From Octopus sinensis (taxonomy: Eukaryota), in contig NC_042998.1 of assembly GCF_006345805.1 (NCBI RefSeq), forward strand, positions 64,356,001 through 64,420,000: DNA of 64,000 nt, in the 5' to 3' direction. Shown here piece after piece: positions 1-14,920 of this stretch; the stretch's first letter is position 1, and the number at the start of each line of letters is the position of its first letter. The notes under the pieces are model-generated. The model was not told where the DNA came from. It made no database searches and saw only the letters and a list, made by a program, of their open reading frames with translations. Position numbers and translations under genes: made by a program.

Positions 1-37
1 ACTGTATCAAGAAATCTCTTTTCAGTTACGCCTATTC

Positions 38-38
38 A

Positions 39-81
<43 letters not shown>

Positions 82-104
82 ATCTATCTATCTATCTATC
101 TATC

Positions 105-174
<70 letters not shown>

Positions 175-230
175 ATCTATCAATCTATCAATTTATTTAT
201 ATATTTATCTGTCTATCTGTCTATCTACCT

Positions 231-265
<35 letters not shown>
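38..265. repeat. Compound microsatellite (TATC)n/(TA)n/(CT)n
   Basis: Directly visible tandem TATC, TA and CT units. Confidence 0.95.
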
Positions 266-1645
266 AATCTCTCTCTATATATGTGTGTGTGTATACATAT
301 ATCTATTTATTTATTAATCTATATATATTGATAGATGTATATATCTATATTTATATATGTATGTATGTATGTATCTTTGTGTGTGTGTGTGTGTATGATT
401 GTGTGTATGTGCGTCTGTGTGTAAAATGAGTGCGTGTGCCTGTACCATTTCAAAATATTATTTTAGTCTCTTTCGCTGTTCATCGCAATATATATATTTT
501 CACACTCACGACTCCAACCTCAGTTCCTTGACAATTTTATTGATGCCATTTTAGTAACCTCATATTCACTTTCAAATATTTGTCTTCATCAAATCTGCTA
601 AGCAGTTTACTTACATTTTTTTTATGTAGACATGTATCATTTTGTTACTTTTTAAAATAAATAATGATAAATATATTTCCGACAGAAGAATTAAGATTAA
701 TATATCACGAATGTAAAAATATAAAAAACAATTAAAACTGAGATGTCGGAAGTAATAATGTGATGGATGTTCTGCATTAGAATATCTATTTTCGCGTCAC
801 AACTTTCATGGTTAAATAGAACCAAGAAGAATATTTTTATTTATATTATGTTTTCTTGTTTAGATTTCACATAAATTCTACAGAACTGTCTTCTTATTTT
901 GAATATTATTCGTTGAGAATTAAGCATGCATCTAAAGTATAAATTGATAATCTTCATGAAATGTGTCTGTAATATTGATTCTCAAAAGTGGCACAAGCGT
1001 GCGGTATTTTATCAACATTAAGGTTTAAATGCCGAACTTAAAATGGTAAATATTAAAAATAATATATTGGTAAAGTATAGTAGCTAAAAGCAAGAGATTT
1101 TATCTCTATCGATTATTCCAGTTTTTCGACCGAATTTGTATTAATAGTTGACATCTGATCTTTACAAAAAAATTCACGGGGATTCAAGTTTTCCTTGTCT
1201 CATAACGCTTAAATAAAAGACTTAAGAACTTAAAACAAATCACTTCTATGTAATTCGAGTAGAAAGGTAGTGACACTATACAGCACGTAAAATTAACCAA
1301 ATATGTTAAAACAAATATTAACCGTGTTTCGTCAATGCTATTAATACTAATTTAAGTGAATGTTTACCTGACATTAAGGTTTGTAATTTAATAAGATTAA
1401 TAGGGCTGTATATGACTATCTCAAAATAATGTGAAATGCCAATGTTGGATGCATTGAACTAATTATATACATACACTATCAAGGCCTAATTCTGAAATGA
1501 TATTTTACATAATCCATGTAATCAATTATACCACAGATAATAAATTTGCAACGGTTAATACGTTGAAACTAATTTCAAATGTTACTTGGGAGGTTTAATT
1601 TTTCGCCGTACAGCATTATAATACTGTGTGTTCCCGTATGACTAT

Positions 1646-1813
1646 CGTTAGCAATGTTGGCAAGATATTTTGCGGCATTTCGTCAGTCGTTCCATTCTAA
1701 GTTTAAATTCCGCTGAGGTCAATTTTATCCTTTTGGAGTCGATGGAATAAATACCAGATGTAACCGACTGATAACCTCTACTGAAATTGCTGGATTTGTA
1801 CCGAAATTTGAGA
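1646..1813 (+). mobile_element. Degenerate tRNA-derived SINE (family 1)
   Basis: cgttagca...gcggcatttcgtc...aaattccgctgaggtc...tcctttggagtcgat...aaattgctgg...aaatttga resembles the better copies at 44027 and 46779. Confidence 0.7.
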
Positions 1814-2879
1814 ACAATATTGCATTGCATATATTTGTGAAACGTCCAGCCTAGGATGATATTTGCAGTGATTTTGAAGTTAAGAAAAGAATTAGCATTC
1901 ACGTAATTTTAGTTTGAATATCCACGTAATTTCAATATAATTTGCTGTTTACCAAATGTCAGTTTTCATCCAAATAACGTATGAAATGTGTAACTGTCAT
2001 GATTGTTTATTCTGTGCCTCGCAAACATTTTGGGGTCACTCATCACTTACACATAAATACACACATATAGCTGTACGTATTTGTATAAATATATTCCATA
2101 CAAGTTTCAGTGAAAATTCATATAAATTCCATTTTGAACTAGCCATCGTAACATCAAAATACTTTCAAATACCAGCGATGTAGCATGTGTAGTATCTTGA
2201 GAGATTCAGTTGTATTCGTTTCATTTAATGTGCATACAATACGCGTTTTATTTGGTTTTTGTTGTGTTTTGTGTTTTGCAGGGTGGGGGATAAATATATA
2301 AGCCGCTCTGGAGCTTTGTTCCGATATGTTCATTTGCTCTTGAGAAAGTTACGAAGAAATACACTTTGCTACCTCCTTCTAACTATATCTTCCTCATTAA
2401 ATTGTTTATTTCTAGTTGTTTGAGAAATTTATCGTCTTATTCGTACCGGGCAACAATGAATTTGAAATAAATATATTGACAGATATTAGCAATGAAATCG
2501 TACACACTTTATCTAAATTTTGAACCGGAGTCTTTCCCATGAATATTTATGTTTATTTTGTGGCGTTAATTGTAGTCTACAAAGGAAATCATAATAATAT
2601 ATTCAATTACTTAATAAAACTACATTTACGGACTTCAATAATATATTTGTTGATACTATTTTGATTTTTAAGCAATATTTAGTATATTTTATTCTGTTAA
2701 TATTGCTAAAATTATTTATGTGCGTGCGTGTATTTATATATCAACACGGTGATCTGTTGGGACTGAAAGCAAGGGGCCGGTTCTATTCTTGCATAATTTA
2801 CGTTTTCTTTGTGCGCTTGCAATCCTGTTCTTTTCGTAGGAGATCACAGCTCTGTTGTAGCAGTGATCACGAATCGGAC

Positions 2880-2992
2880 TAATTAGCCACAGGCGGTCAC
2901 ATTGACAAAGATGGTGGGACACAGTGGGACTGAATCCGGAACCAATTTGTTAATAAACAAGCTACTTATCACACAGCCACCCCTGCGCCTAT
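2880..2992 (-). mobile_element. SINE family 2, 5' portion
   Basis: Reverse complement reads ataggcgcaggggtggctgtgtgataagtagcttg...ggttccggattcagtcccactg, similar to the heads at 25411 and 61378. Confidence 0.75.
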
Positions 2993-3329
2993 AATTACTA
3001 ATATTACTAATTACTAATATTCACACGAGCATTCATGTATGTATTTACGCCAATGTACAGTGTCAAAAATATAGACGTCATCGACATAATCGATTAACTC
3101 TTCCAGTCATACATCATCTTGGTTTTTGTGTACAGCTGTATTTGAGACGGAATGGTTGTAGTAAATGAGGTCCTAAAAAAAAAGTACAGCGAAAGAGAAA
3201 TACACGAAACTATTTAAGACTAATCTGAAGAATGCAATACTCTTCCACGTCAGTCAGTAGGACGTAGTTTCTTGTATCTAGGAGAAGATACAAGAGTATG
3301 CTGAACAAATTGAGGTTGGACATCATTTA

Positions 3330-3425
3330 CATTATTCACATTATTTACATTTGACGGATATTTGTCCTCATCTAATTTGTTGTTAAGACAACATTTCGGC
3401 TGATATACCCTCCAGCTTTCATGAA
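3330..3425 (-). mobile_element. Penelope-like pLTR remnant with degenerate hammerhead-like motif
   Basis: Minus strand ttcatga-aagctg gagggtatat cagcc-gaaa-tgttgtc has the CUGAUGA/stem II/GAAA layout with a mutated core; PLE assignment is inference. Confidence 0.45.
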
Positions 3426-6400
3426 ATGTAAATAATGTACATAATGTTCATGATTCCACATCTCTTAAATATAGAACTAAATTGAGGTTGGATTTTGTTG
3501 ATGAGGAGCTAACTAAAGAAATAAAATTACCATCCGATTGGGAGAAACATGGACGGTAGTTGCGCGAAATTAAGGGGAAAATTAAAGAAATAATATCTCA
3601 AATAATTTTTGTGAGAAGATGATCTGCAGCACGAACAGAAAGGGTTTACTGTGGAGCGTTGGGATCAAAATACGTATTTGGAAAACTGAGACATTAGGGT
3701 TCTCTAAAGAAACTCTCCCCGGTGCAATCTGCATGTTATTAAAACACCACGGACGCAGATTTAAGTGTCTTGGAGTCGCTTCTCGCGAATGATGAGAAGA
3801 TTGGGTTGGATACTAGAATTGTAGATGTTTGCACAGTAATGCACTAGCTTTAGTATATTATCCTTGAAGATGAATGGTTGGCAAAAAGGAAAAGAAATAC
3901 CAAAAGAAGTGCTATCTTCCATTCGGTTTTAACGCGTATCCTACGCCATGGTCGTGAATGTAGTACCATTTCCGATCGCGTATAATTGTGAGCTCCAGCG
4001 GTCAAAATGGGTTTCTTCAGAACATTTTTCGACGGGGTTCGTAGTTAGGAAAACAAAGGCTATCTTCGAATTTAGCCAATATTTGCTGCCAATAAGGTCT
4101 GCATTACTCACATGTAGTTAGAACATCACAGGAAACTGTCGCAAGATTGCTTCGTGCAACCGAGCAAAACGGCAAACGATCGTAGGGTTTATGTCGGTTT
4201 ATTTGGTTTTCAACAAACGGACACGTGTCAGAGAGATTTAATCTATAACTGGCTATGAAATTGTTCAGATTCTCCTGCCGTTATGATCTGTATCACTAGT
4301 TTTTATGTTTCTTTCGTACGTAATATGAGTCATTTCTTTATTTTTGTACCCTTCGTTACAGTTTTTAGACATTCTCAGCGCATATTCAGGAGATATTACC
4401 AAGCATGTTGCATGGCACTTGGTTGTTAATTTCATTCTCTTTTGAATGTTATGGAATGCAATGATGGGATATAATGCCATCATAATTTTAACTTGTTCAT
4501 TTATATGGCATACTTTATATACTGACGATTCTTCTAATGTTCTTCCCCAGGTTTTTTTCTACTGAGAAAGGGTCAATTTCCTAAAGTGACAGTCTTCAAT
4601 ACACAATAGATAATATACAATACTGGAAACATTATATTACACAGCAATCCTTCATAGAAAACATGGTTTCAGAATAGAAGATCCTAATAGCAGTAAAAAA
4701 ACAATGCATTTCTAAATATATGGACATTTATCACAAAAGAATAGAAAGTATAGAGAAACGTACGATACAGAAATATAATACGTCATATAAAGTATCCAAA
4801 CACGAAAAAGAAGAGTCCTGGACCTCATAAAGAAAGAAGATATTGTCTGCCCCACAAAGAAATAAAATTTATCGAATTTATCCTACTTAGGCAAACATAC
4901 AAACTTCCTTGAATATAAGAAAGGAAATAAAAGTACGTATCAAGAATGGTATCTCGAAGCAATAAAAACATATAACGATATTTTCTAATTCGCATAGAAA
5001 AAACAAATCACAACGGAAATACAGATACTGTAGATAAAATATGACAATCGTCTAACAATGGAGATTCCCGCTCGAGCTTTGATACAAATAACAAGGAAAC
5101 TAACAAACCCAGATCAAAAACACTTTCACCATAACAATAAATAGAAGTAAAGCAGCCTCCTATAATTTGATGTTGCTGTAAATATATCAAAACCAAGAAT
5201 ATAAAATCTTACACTTGATATCTATCATATTTTGGGCTGAATGATGTTGTTTCTTTGATCCCTATTAGATATCCTGGTATATAAGAGACCTTCTTGAACC
5301 TAGCTTCACCCTGATCAAGCAAAACAATAATAAAACGTGCTCCAGTCTAGAATATGTGTATATTAAGGGTGACTAGAATACATTATCCAATACTTCACTC
5401 TGCTTTTCTATATGGCGGGATGCTAGATATTTATGACTCGATTTTTTTATGTCTAGAAATGCTATACTTTTGTGAGACGAATTTGCTGATATACTTCTTG
5501 AAAAGCTGCAAGCTGACAGATGCATAAAGACAGACAATAATACTGTAACAATATTTTATGCAATAAAAGCGTTTAGTGAGAGACTGGTCATATTTGTACG
5601 TAGATTGTACGTAGGTTGTGGATATGTATATTATAAGCATAACAGAGAGAGAGGCATGTGAAGCGACTGCGCTTGTATGGGCTAGACTGAAACAAGTCAT
5701 GTGTGAAAGGCATAGATATTCTTGTACCTATAGAGTAAAAAGATACAAGAGCACACTTCGTACCCAATGCATTTGTGAGTGATTTTGAGTGACACTACGA
5801 TAAATATTTATGTATAATTTCCTAAATGCGACCGTGGGAAATGTACCAAATTAGTTGTATTTGCGTATCGTATGTGGGAGCAATACGCACCTGAGTCACA
5901 GCTTTGCTCTCTTTGAGCTTCAGCGAATAAAGCAACAGCACAATTTAAGTTACATAGAAGAAATATTCATTCTGTAGTATTCATTCTCATTATACACTAT
6001 TTCAAAAGTAATATTTGGGCCCCGAACCGACCTTCATGTTCGTATTCTATACTGGTTTATGCTGTGCTACATGTAACATAATTCTTGCAAAATAAAAGCT
6101 AGGAGAGACGGTACTGAATACTTAAGAAGTGTTTTTCTTATGAATCAGAAGCATTTTTTCTAACATTCTGATTTCGTAGATCGACTGAAAAGGTAAAAAA
6201 ATATAATATACGCGCTCCACTCATAATTAAAACGGATGTAATTCAAAACCAGAATAGACAATAGACATATAAAATTGTAGCTAATTGCATGTGTTCTATT
6301 GCTGATTCTAGACCATCATTTCACGCTGGTCCACTTGAACACAGTAACGAAAACATTTTCCCTAACGTTCTCATTTACTAGATATCTGTAACCCTTCTCA

Positions 6401-6639
6401 ATTATTTGCCAAATATGTTTGTATCCTATCTGGGGGTTTATTATAATAGTTACTCAGAAGTTTATTACCCTATGGTAAAATTTTATGTTAAATGTAAACC
6501 ATCAATGTCGCAGTACGCGGACTGAATTCTAAACAGAGATTTTTTCTTTACTTTATGCATGTTATTTCTTTTATTATCCAATTGATATAAAATCAATATT
6601 AAGTTTTATTATTATCTTTACTATAATTATTTTGGTTTG

Positions 6640-6768
6640 ATTTAGGTTTGATCCTATACCTGGAAGAAATTATGTGGATGGTGATTTACTACCTGTAAAC
6701 TTAGGTATCTCCTGATATTCTTTGCTGTCTCTAAGGACACACTTTCTCTAGGAGCTCTACTGAGCATT
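6640..6768 (-). mobile_element. R4/Dong-clade LINE 3' fragment A
   Basis: Minus translation ...SVSLETAKNIRRYLSL resembles the R4 C-terminus (LLGTAHILRRTLS in element C); abuts an (ATT)n array. Confidence 0.55.
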
Positions 6769-6769
6769 C

Positions 6770-6858
<89 letters not shown>
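6770..6858. repeat. (ATT)n microsatellite
   Basis: About 30 near-perfect ATT units. Confidence 0.97.
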
Positions 6859-6860
<2 letters not shown>

Positions 6861-6861
6861 A

Positions 6862-7902
6862 ATTCATGTTGTTGTTATGCCTCGTATGCCATATATTTGG
6901 TTTTGTATTTAGTGTTGTACAAGTGAATGACTAAAAAATTAATAAATAAAACAGAAACATACGAAAATTATGTTTGTTTTAAAACTTGAGATTATATAGC
7001 AAGTATTGTGCGTAGGATATTAGCAGTTCCCATGATCACTATATTTTGAATTTCTGCCATTTTGGGGTTTCCTGGTATCTGAGCTAGGTGGCAATCAGTG
7101 CCATTTGCTATAATTCCCAGGGCACATATGAAAACAGGCATTGTTTTAGTCTTCAGGTTCCACATTTTGCTAATTTCTATTTCAAGATCTTTATACTTGC
7201 TCAGTTCTTGGTAGGTCTTGACAGATAGGTTTATATCCATCGGGACAGTCATATCAATGAGGAAGCATGATTTTTGTCTGAAGTCTTCAAATATGACGTA
7301 TGGCTTATTTGCATCTATCACTCTGCCAGTTTGAATGGTGAAGTTCCAGAAGAGTGGGATATGACCCTTTTCAAGCACTGGAGGTAGTTTGTGCACCCAC
7401 TAGAGTCTATTATCCATTGATGGGTAAGCGCTTTGTCAACATATTATTCTGGTCGTTTAATTTCGACTTAACGATCAGACTCAGTCCGCGCAAGTATTCC
7501 ATCTTAATTTTTCTGTCACTTATTTCTCCCTCAATTAATCCATTCCCAATATCCCCAAGTCCTTATAGCCCGTCTCTTCTCTCTGCTTCATAATCTTCTC
7601 CGACGGTAACGCTAACCTAGCCCGTCCATACATCTAATTTTGTCTCTCTACACGACTAACTCACCTCACATTTTCAGTCCGAACACCATTCTGATATCAG
7701 CACTGAAAATATACAGCGCATCAACGAAGGAACTTCCATAAAGTATGAGGTCATCCTCATACGTTATGACAATTGGTTGGCTATTTGTTAGCGTCTTTTG
7801 AATATATACTCAGCCTTGCTTTCCTCAGAATCAGTGTTAGTCTTATCACGCACAACACAAAGATCTGTGGGGACAGACAGTCCTTTTGGAAGATGCCTCT
7901 CC

Positions 7903-7903
<1 letters not shown>
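6862..7903 (-). mobile_element. R4/Dong-clade LINE fragment B (RT core remnant plus RLE endonuclease, internally deleted)
   Basis: ORF 6992-7396 WNFTIQT..IDANKP....IDMTVP...K.SKYKDLEIEI (restriction-like endonuclease); 7455-7903 gives RRGIFQKDCLSP..., YEDDLILY, FSADIRMVFGL (degenerate RT). Confidence 0.88.
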
Positions 7904-7962
<59 letters not shown>

Positions 7963-7984
7963 CTTCTTCTTCTTCTTCTTCTTC

Positions 7985-8027
<43 letters not shown>
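7903..8027. repeat. Compound (TAT)n(TCT)n(TAT)n microsatellite
   Basis: Visible in sequence. Confidence 0.95.
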
Positions 8028-8028
<1 letters not shown>

Positions 8029-9558
8029 TAGTTTTATTTTTATAGCGTGCTTTCACTTCACTACCGAGCGCAGCTCTGTGTGCCTTGGGTATGTGCTGTG
8101 ATTTGTTGCGATGCTCTGATGGTTATTGTATGGAAAGTGTTCTGCGTAGGATGTGTGCAGTGCCTAGTAGTGCAATTTTCTGTATGTCATATGTGTTTGT
8201 AAGTCCTGGTGATTTTGTTATGTATTTGTCTGAATACTTTTTTATCATGCCTAATGCACCTACTATGATAGGAATTGTTTCTGTTTTCAGATTCCACATT
8301 CTAGCTACCTCTATTTCCAGGTCTTTGTATTTTGAGAGTTTCTCCATTTCTTTTAGAGACACGTTGTCATCAGCCGGTATTGATACATCAATTAGAAAGC
8401 ATTTTTTTCTTCATGATCTCTGACAACTATATCTGGTCTGTTGGCCTTAATTTCTCTATCTGTGTGTATCGGCATATCCCAGAGTATGGTTGCTTTCTCG
8501 TTTTCTGTGACCTTTTCTGGTGTGTGCCTATACCATCTTTTTTCTGTTGTTATTCCATAATGTTGGCATAGCTTCCAATGTATGTAGGTTCCAACTCTGT
8601 CATGTCTGTGAATATATTCCTTCTTCGCCAGGACTGGGCAGCTAGAGATAATAAGATTTATTGTTTCTTGTCCATCTCCACATATTCTGCAGTTACTTGT
8701 AATATTTCTTTTCATTACATGTTTTTGGTAATTTCTGGTGGGGAGGCTTTGGTCTTGTGCTGCAACTAAAAATCCCTCTGTTTCTGCTTTGAGTCCTGAG
8801 CTCCTCAACCATTGCTGGGATTTTTCTTTGTCTATTTCTTTTGCGTTTAGTTTAGTCCAGTATTTACCATGAAGGGGCTTTTCTTGCCATCGTTTTATCA
8901 TGGTTCGTTGCTGTTCTAGTTTTAGTTTGGATTTCATTTGTTTTATAGCTTTTGTTGTTTCTTCATCTTCTTCTTCTTCATGTTTATTAGGTGGTATGAT
9001 TTCTTGTTTGTATTTGTCAGCTTCCTTAAATACTGAGAACAGTTTTTTGTTTTGCTCGTGTTTTGCCGCTGGATCAGTTTTCCTTCCTTCTGAAGTAGAT
9101 ATTTTTGCAGTCCTATGGTGGTTATTTTATAGTAATTTTCCAGCTGTATAAGGCCTCTACCACCTTCTATACGTTGTATATATAGTCTTTCTATGTCAGA
9201 TTTTGGGTGATGCATCCTAGATCCTGTCATTATTTTTCTTGTTTTCCTATCTATTTTGGTCAGTTCATTTCGTGTCCAGTTAAGGATATTGTAGCTGTAA
9301 CTTATAACTGGGACAGCTAAAGTGTTGATACCCATTATCTTGTTTTTAGCATTGAGCTCTGTGTTTAGTATTGATCTAACTCGTCTATAATATTCTTTTT
9401 TTATTTTTTATTTTTTATTTTTTATTTTGTCATTTGCAGCGTATAGTTTTAGGTCATCCATATATAAAATGTGGCTGATCGTTTTGCCGTATCATTTATA
9501 TCCGCATCCAGTTCTATTTAGCATATCAGATAGAGGTGACAGTGCCAAGCAGAAAAGA
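8028..9558 (-). mobile_element. R4/Dong-clade LINE C, 5'-truncated and frameshifted (RT, CCHC zinc knuckle, RLE)
   Basis: ORFs 8943-9335, 8392-8937 (WLRSSGLKAETEGFLVAAQDQ; CRICG..ETINLIISSCPVLAKKEYIHRHD; DREIKANRPDIVV) and 8123-8362; 9430-9558 encodes LALSPLSDML...HILYMDDLKLY. Confidence 0.93.
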
Positions 9559-9634
<76 letters not shown>

Positions 9635-9659
9635 TATTATTATTATTATTATTATTATT
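9558..9659. repeat. (ATT)n microsatellite
   Basis: About 33 ATT units between two R4 copies. Confidence 0.97.
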
Positions 9660-11910
<2,251 letters not shown>

Positions 11911-12050
11911 ACGGCGAACTGGCAGGACGGTTAGCACGCGAGGCAAAATTATTGCCGGCATTTCGTCCGTCCTTACGTTCTAAGATACGCACTTGTGTCG
12001 ATATAATCGACTCATTCCCTACCCACAAACGTGAGGCCTTCTGCATTTAG
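11911..12050 (+). mobile_element. SINE family 1, internally deleted, flanked by (ATT)n
   Basis: ggcgaactggcagg.cggttagcacgc...ggcatttcgtccgtc...gtcgatataatcgact. Confidence 0.75.
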
Positions 12051-12066
12051 TATACATTATTATTAC

Positions 12067-12138
<72 letters not shown>

Positions 12139-13146
12139 GTTTTGTTGTTATATTCATTATTATTATTTGAATTGTTATTGTTGTGGCTGTTTAAGTTGCT
12201 TTACTCTGCTTGTTGCCATTTCTGTTTGTTCTAATGAGTGATTATATATTTGCGTGCACCTTATACGCAATTGTTAATTTATTATTCTGTCTTATTTTAA
12301 CCAGCATAACACTAGTATTTATAGATTTTGATATCTAAATTGTTAATCGTATTCGTTTCAGTTTATATCGGCACCTATTAACATTAGCCTGTAGAATAAA
12401 TAACTGCCATTTTGTTTTTCACTGATATGTATTGTTATATCTTTAGAAAATTTGTTATATACAGTGAAGCATGTTATCTACCCATACCTAGTTTAAACTC
12501 TTGCTATATATTATAAAATATTCCTCCACGTATGATTTTACATGACAGTGTTAAAACGCTGTAGAAAGAAATGTTCTCTGTTATAATGTTGTGGTTTACG
12601 CTTATTTGATATTATTGTTTTATCTTTATTCCGCTTGGTTGAACGAAAAATTAACGCTTATTGTACACACAAAGATAATATTCAAAACTGCATCAGACTC
12701 CTATCTTTAGTCGTATAATTTATCTTGTTTGCCCTTTCTCATTCTACTTCAAACTTTTACCAGGGTCGATTTACCATCTTATATTTCCAGGTATATCTGT
12801 GGTAGCATTTTATTAAATTGTTTATGTCTTATATTATATCATAGATCCCGCACAACATTTCTTAATTTATTGTAATTGAAACAGGGTTATTTAGTGAATT
12901 ACGAATGTAGCTTTACCATGCATTTCATTATTTACTTTCCAATATTAATAGAGTGTTGAGACTATCATCATATCATAACAAAGAGAAAATAAAGGATTTT
13001 GTTATACTTCATCTCGATCTTCGCACATAGCCTTGATTTCTCTATAAATTTAGCAAATTCACATATAATTTTGAAATATGTGAATGTGCGTGTGTTCGTA
13101 TATGTTCGGAATATATATATATATATATATATGTGCGTATGTATGT

Positions 13147-13180
<34 letters not shown>

Positions 13181-13574
13181 ATGAACACTGAAATCATTTA
13201 ATGCTTTACGATTATGTTATTAATACCCTCGCTGCAATGTTGTGCGTGGGTATTTTTCTTAATCAATCGTCAAATATTTGCGAGTCAGAAACAATCGAAT
13301 AAAATTGATATTTTCTGTCGCCCACTATAGTAATTCAACAAGATAGTTGCTAATGATGGCTTAAGGAGACATTTTTAGTAGCTACTACTAGGATAGCTGC
13401 ATGTATTACTCGATTTGCATATAAGAACATTTTGTAAAAATGCGTTTTCAATATATACTTCATTGGTGGTAGACGAGAGCAACAGTTAGATCGATGATGT
13501 ATGTAGTCATATCATTTTTTTCTCTTTCGAGATATGTGGATAGAAAATCCGTTTATTGATAAATCATGTCTCTT

Positions 13575-13625
<51 letters not shown>

Positions 13626-13917
13626 GATAATGTGAATTGCATAGTCTTAGTACTTCACCCTCTATTTTACTGTCTAAATTTGATATTTACCTACAGTTAC
13701 GAATAATATGCTGCTTGAGGAATGAAGTCGATCAGATCGACCACAACCATCCTCCAGAATGTTATGCCTTCAATGAGATGATACATTATGTTTTTATATA
13801 TCAGTTCAGATTTCAAATATATGATTATGTCATTATCACTATCCATTATCCAGGCGCCGATAGAGGGACGATTCCAATACCCTAGATGTTTGGCATTGCA
13901 CTTATACTCAGCAATAT

Positions 13918-13918
13918 T

Positions 13919-13983
<65 letters not shown>

Positions 13984-13990
13984 TGAGAGA
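13918..13990. repeat. (TA)n(GA)n microsatellite
   Basis: Visible in sequence. Confidence 0.95.
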
Positions 13991-14920
13991 GAAGAAAATA
14001 AATCTCTCCCTTTACTAACTAGAGATCCAAAAATGAACGACATCCTGAAAACAAACAAACTCATCAAAGGCAAAAAACAAAACAAATCGCTAAAGAGACT
14101 ACTAACAAATGCGAAGCTTTACAAAACAACCACGAAACCAACGGTTGAAAAATGTGGACGCCCGAACTGTGGCACTGCCCCCACCTGCTTGAAGACTCGG
14201 ATTTCCTTTTCAAACAAGGACAGTGGTTTACAATTAAAACTAGTTTCACCTGTGCCTCTGAGAATCTAATTTATGTAGTAACCTGCTCGTGTTGCAGTCA
14301 TCGGTACATTGGACAAACGAGTTTAACTTTGAGGTAGAAAATCACTCTGCATAAGGAGCAAATCCGTTTCCCGCAATACAGACAAATTCCTCTTAGTGAA
14401 CACATAGAAGAATGTGCAGGTAATATCAAACCAAATTTTTCAATCTTCCCTTTCTACCAGTGCAAAGACACAATCTCTCAACTAGAACGCTTGAATAAAG
14501 AAACTTTTTTCATTGAAAACTACAAAACACGTTTTAATATGCACACATAACTAACTTTTATATTTTTACATATTACATCACTGTACATAAATCTGCTACT
14601 AAGCAAGGCAACCTTTTTTAAACCTGTCTCCTTTCTCTACGCATATTTATTCCCCACCCAAAACCTAAACATTTATCTCCCTTACACACAACAATACCAA
14701 TAATAACAACAAAGTACCTCCGTTTAGTTGTCAACTTGTAAAATCATTCACTCGGGAATTTCATTACAAACAACATGGACGAAATTGCTTCTTAAGAAAA
14801 AATATATATTCATATAAATTAAACATTATATCATGAATAGCGATTGCGAAACCGGTCGATACATTAAAAATTCTATTATAACCATGTAAGTGTGCTTATT
14901 TTCCTGTTTTTATTTTCTTA
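13990..14920 (+). mobile_element. Penelope-like element 3' fragment: GIY-YIG endonuclease pseudogene plus pLTR
   Basis: Frameshifted translation KCGRPNCGTCPHL...FTCASENLIYVVTCSCCSHRYIGQTSLTLR*KITLHKEQIR...LSEHIEEC...ETFFIENYK ends at TAA 14548-14550; the LIY-xxT-C..C..YIGQT motif is PLE GIY-YIG; decayed hammerhead-like motif at 14826-14864. Confidence 0.88.

Noticed and set aside
3500-5230. Possible transposon remnants (mariner-like KLP..W; Tx1-like tail)
   Set aside because: Only 3-4 residue matches amid many stops; not supportable.
5305-5380. ctgatca..aaaacg as a hammerhead
   Set aside because: The core is mutated, there is no helix II pairing or NUH site adjacent to helix I, and the spacing is wrong.
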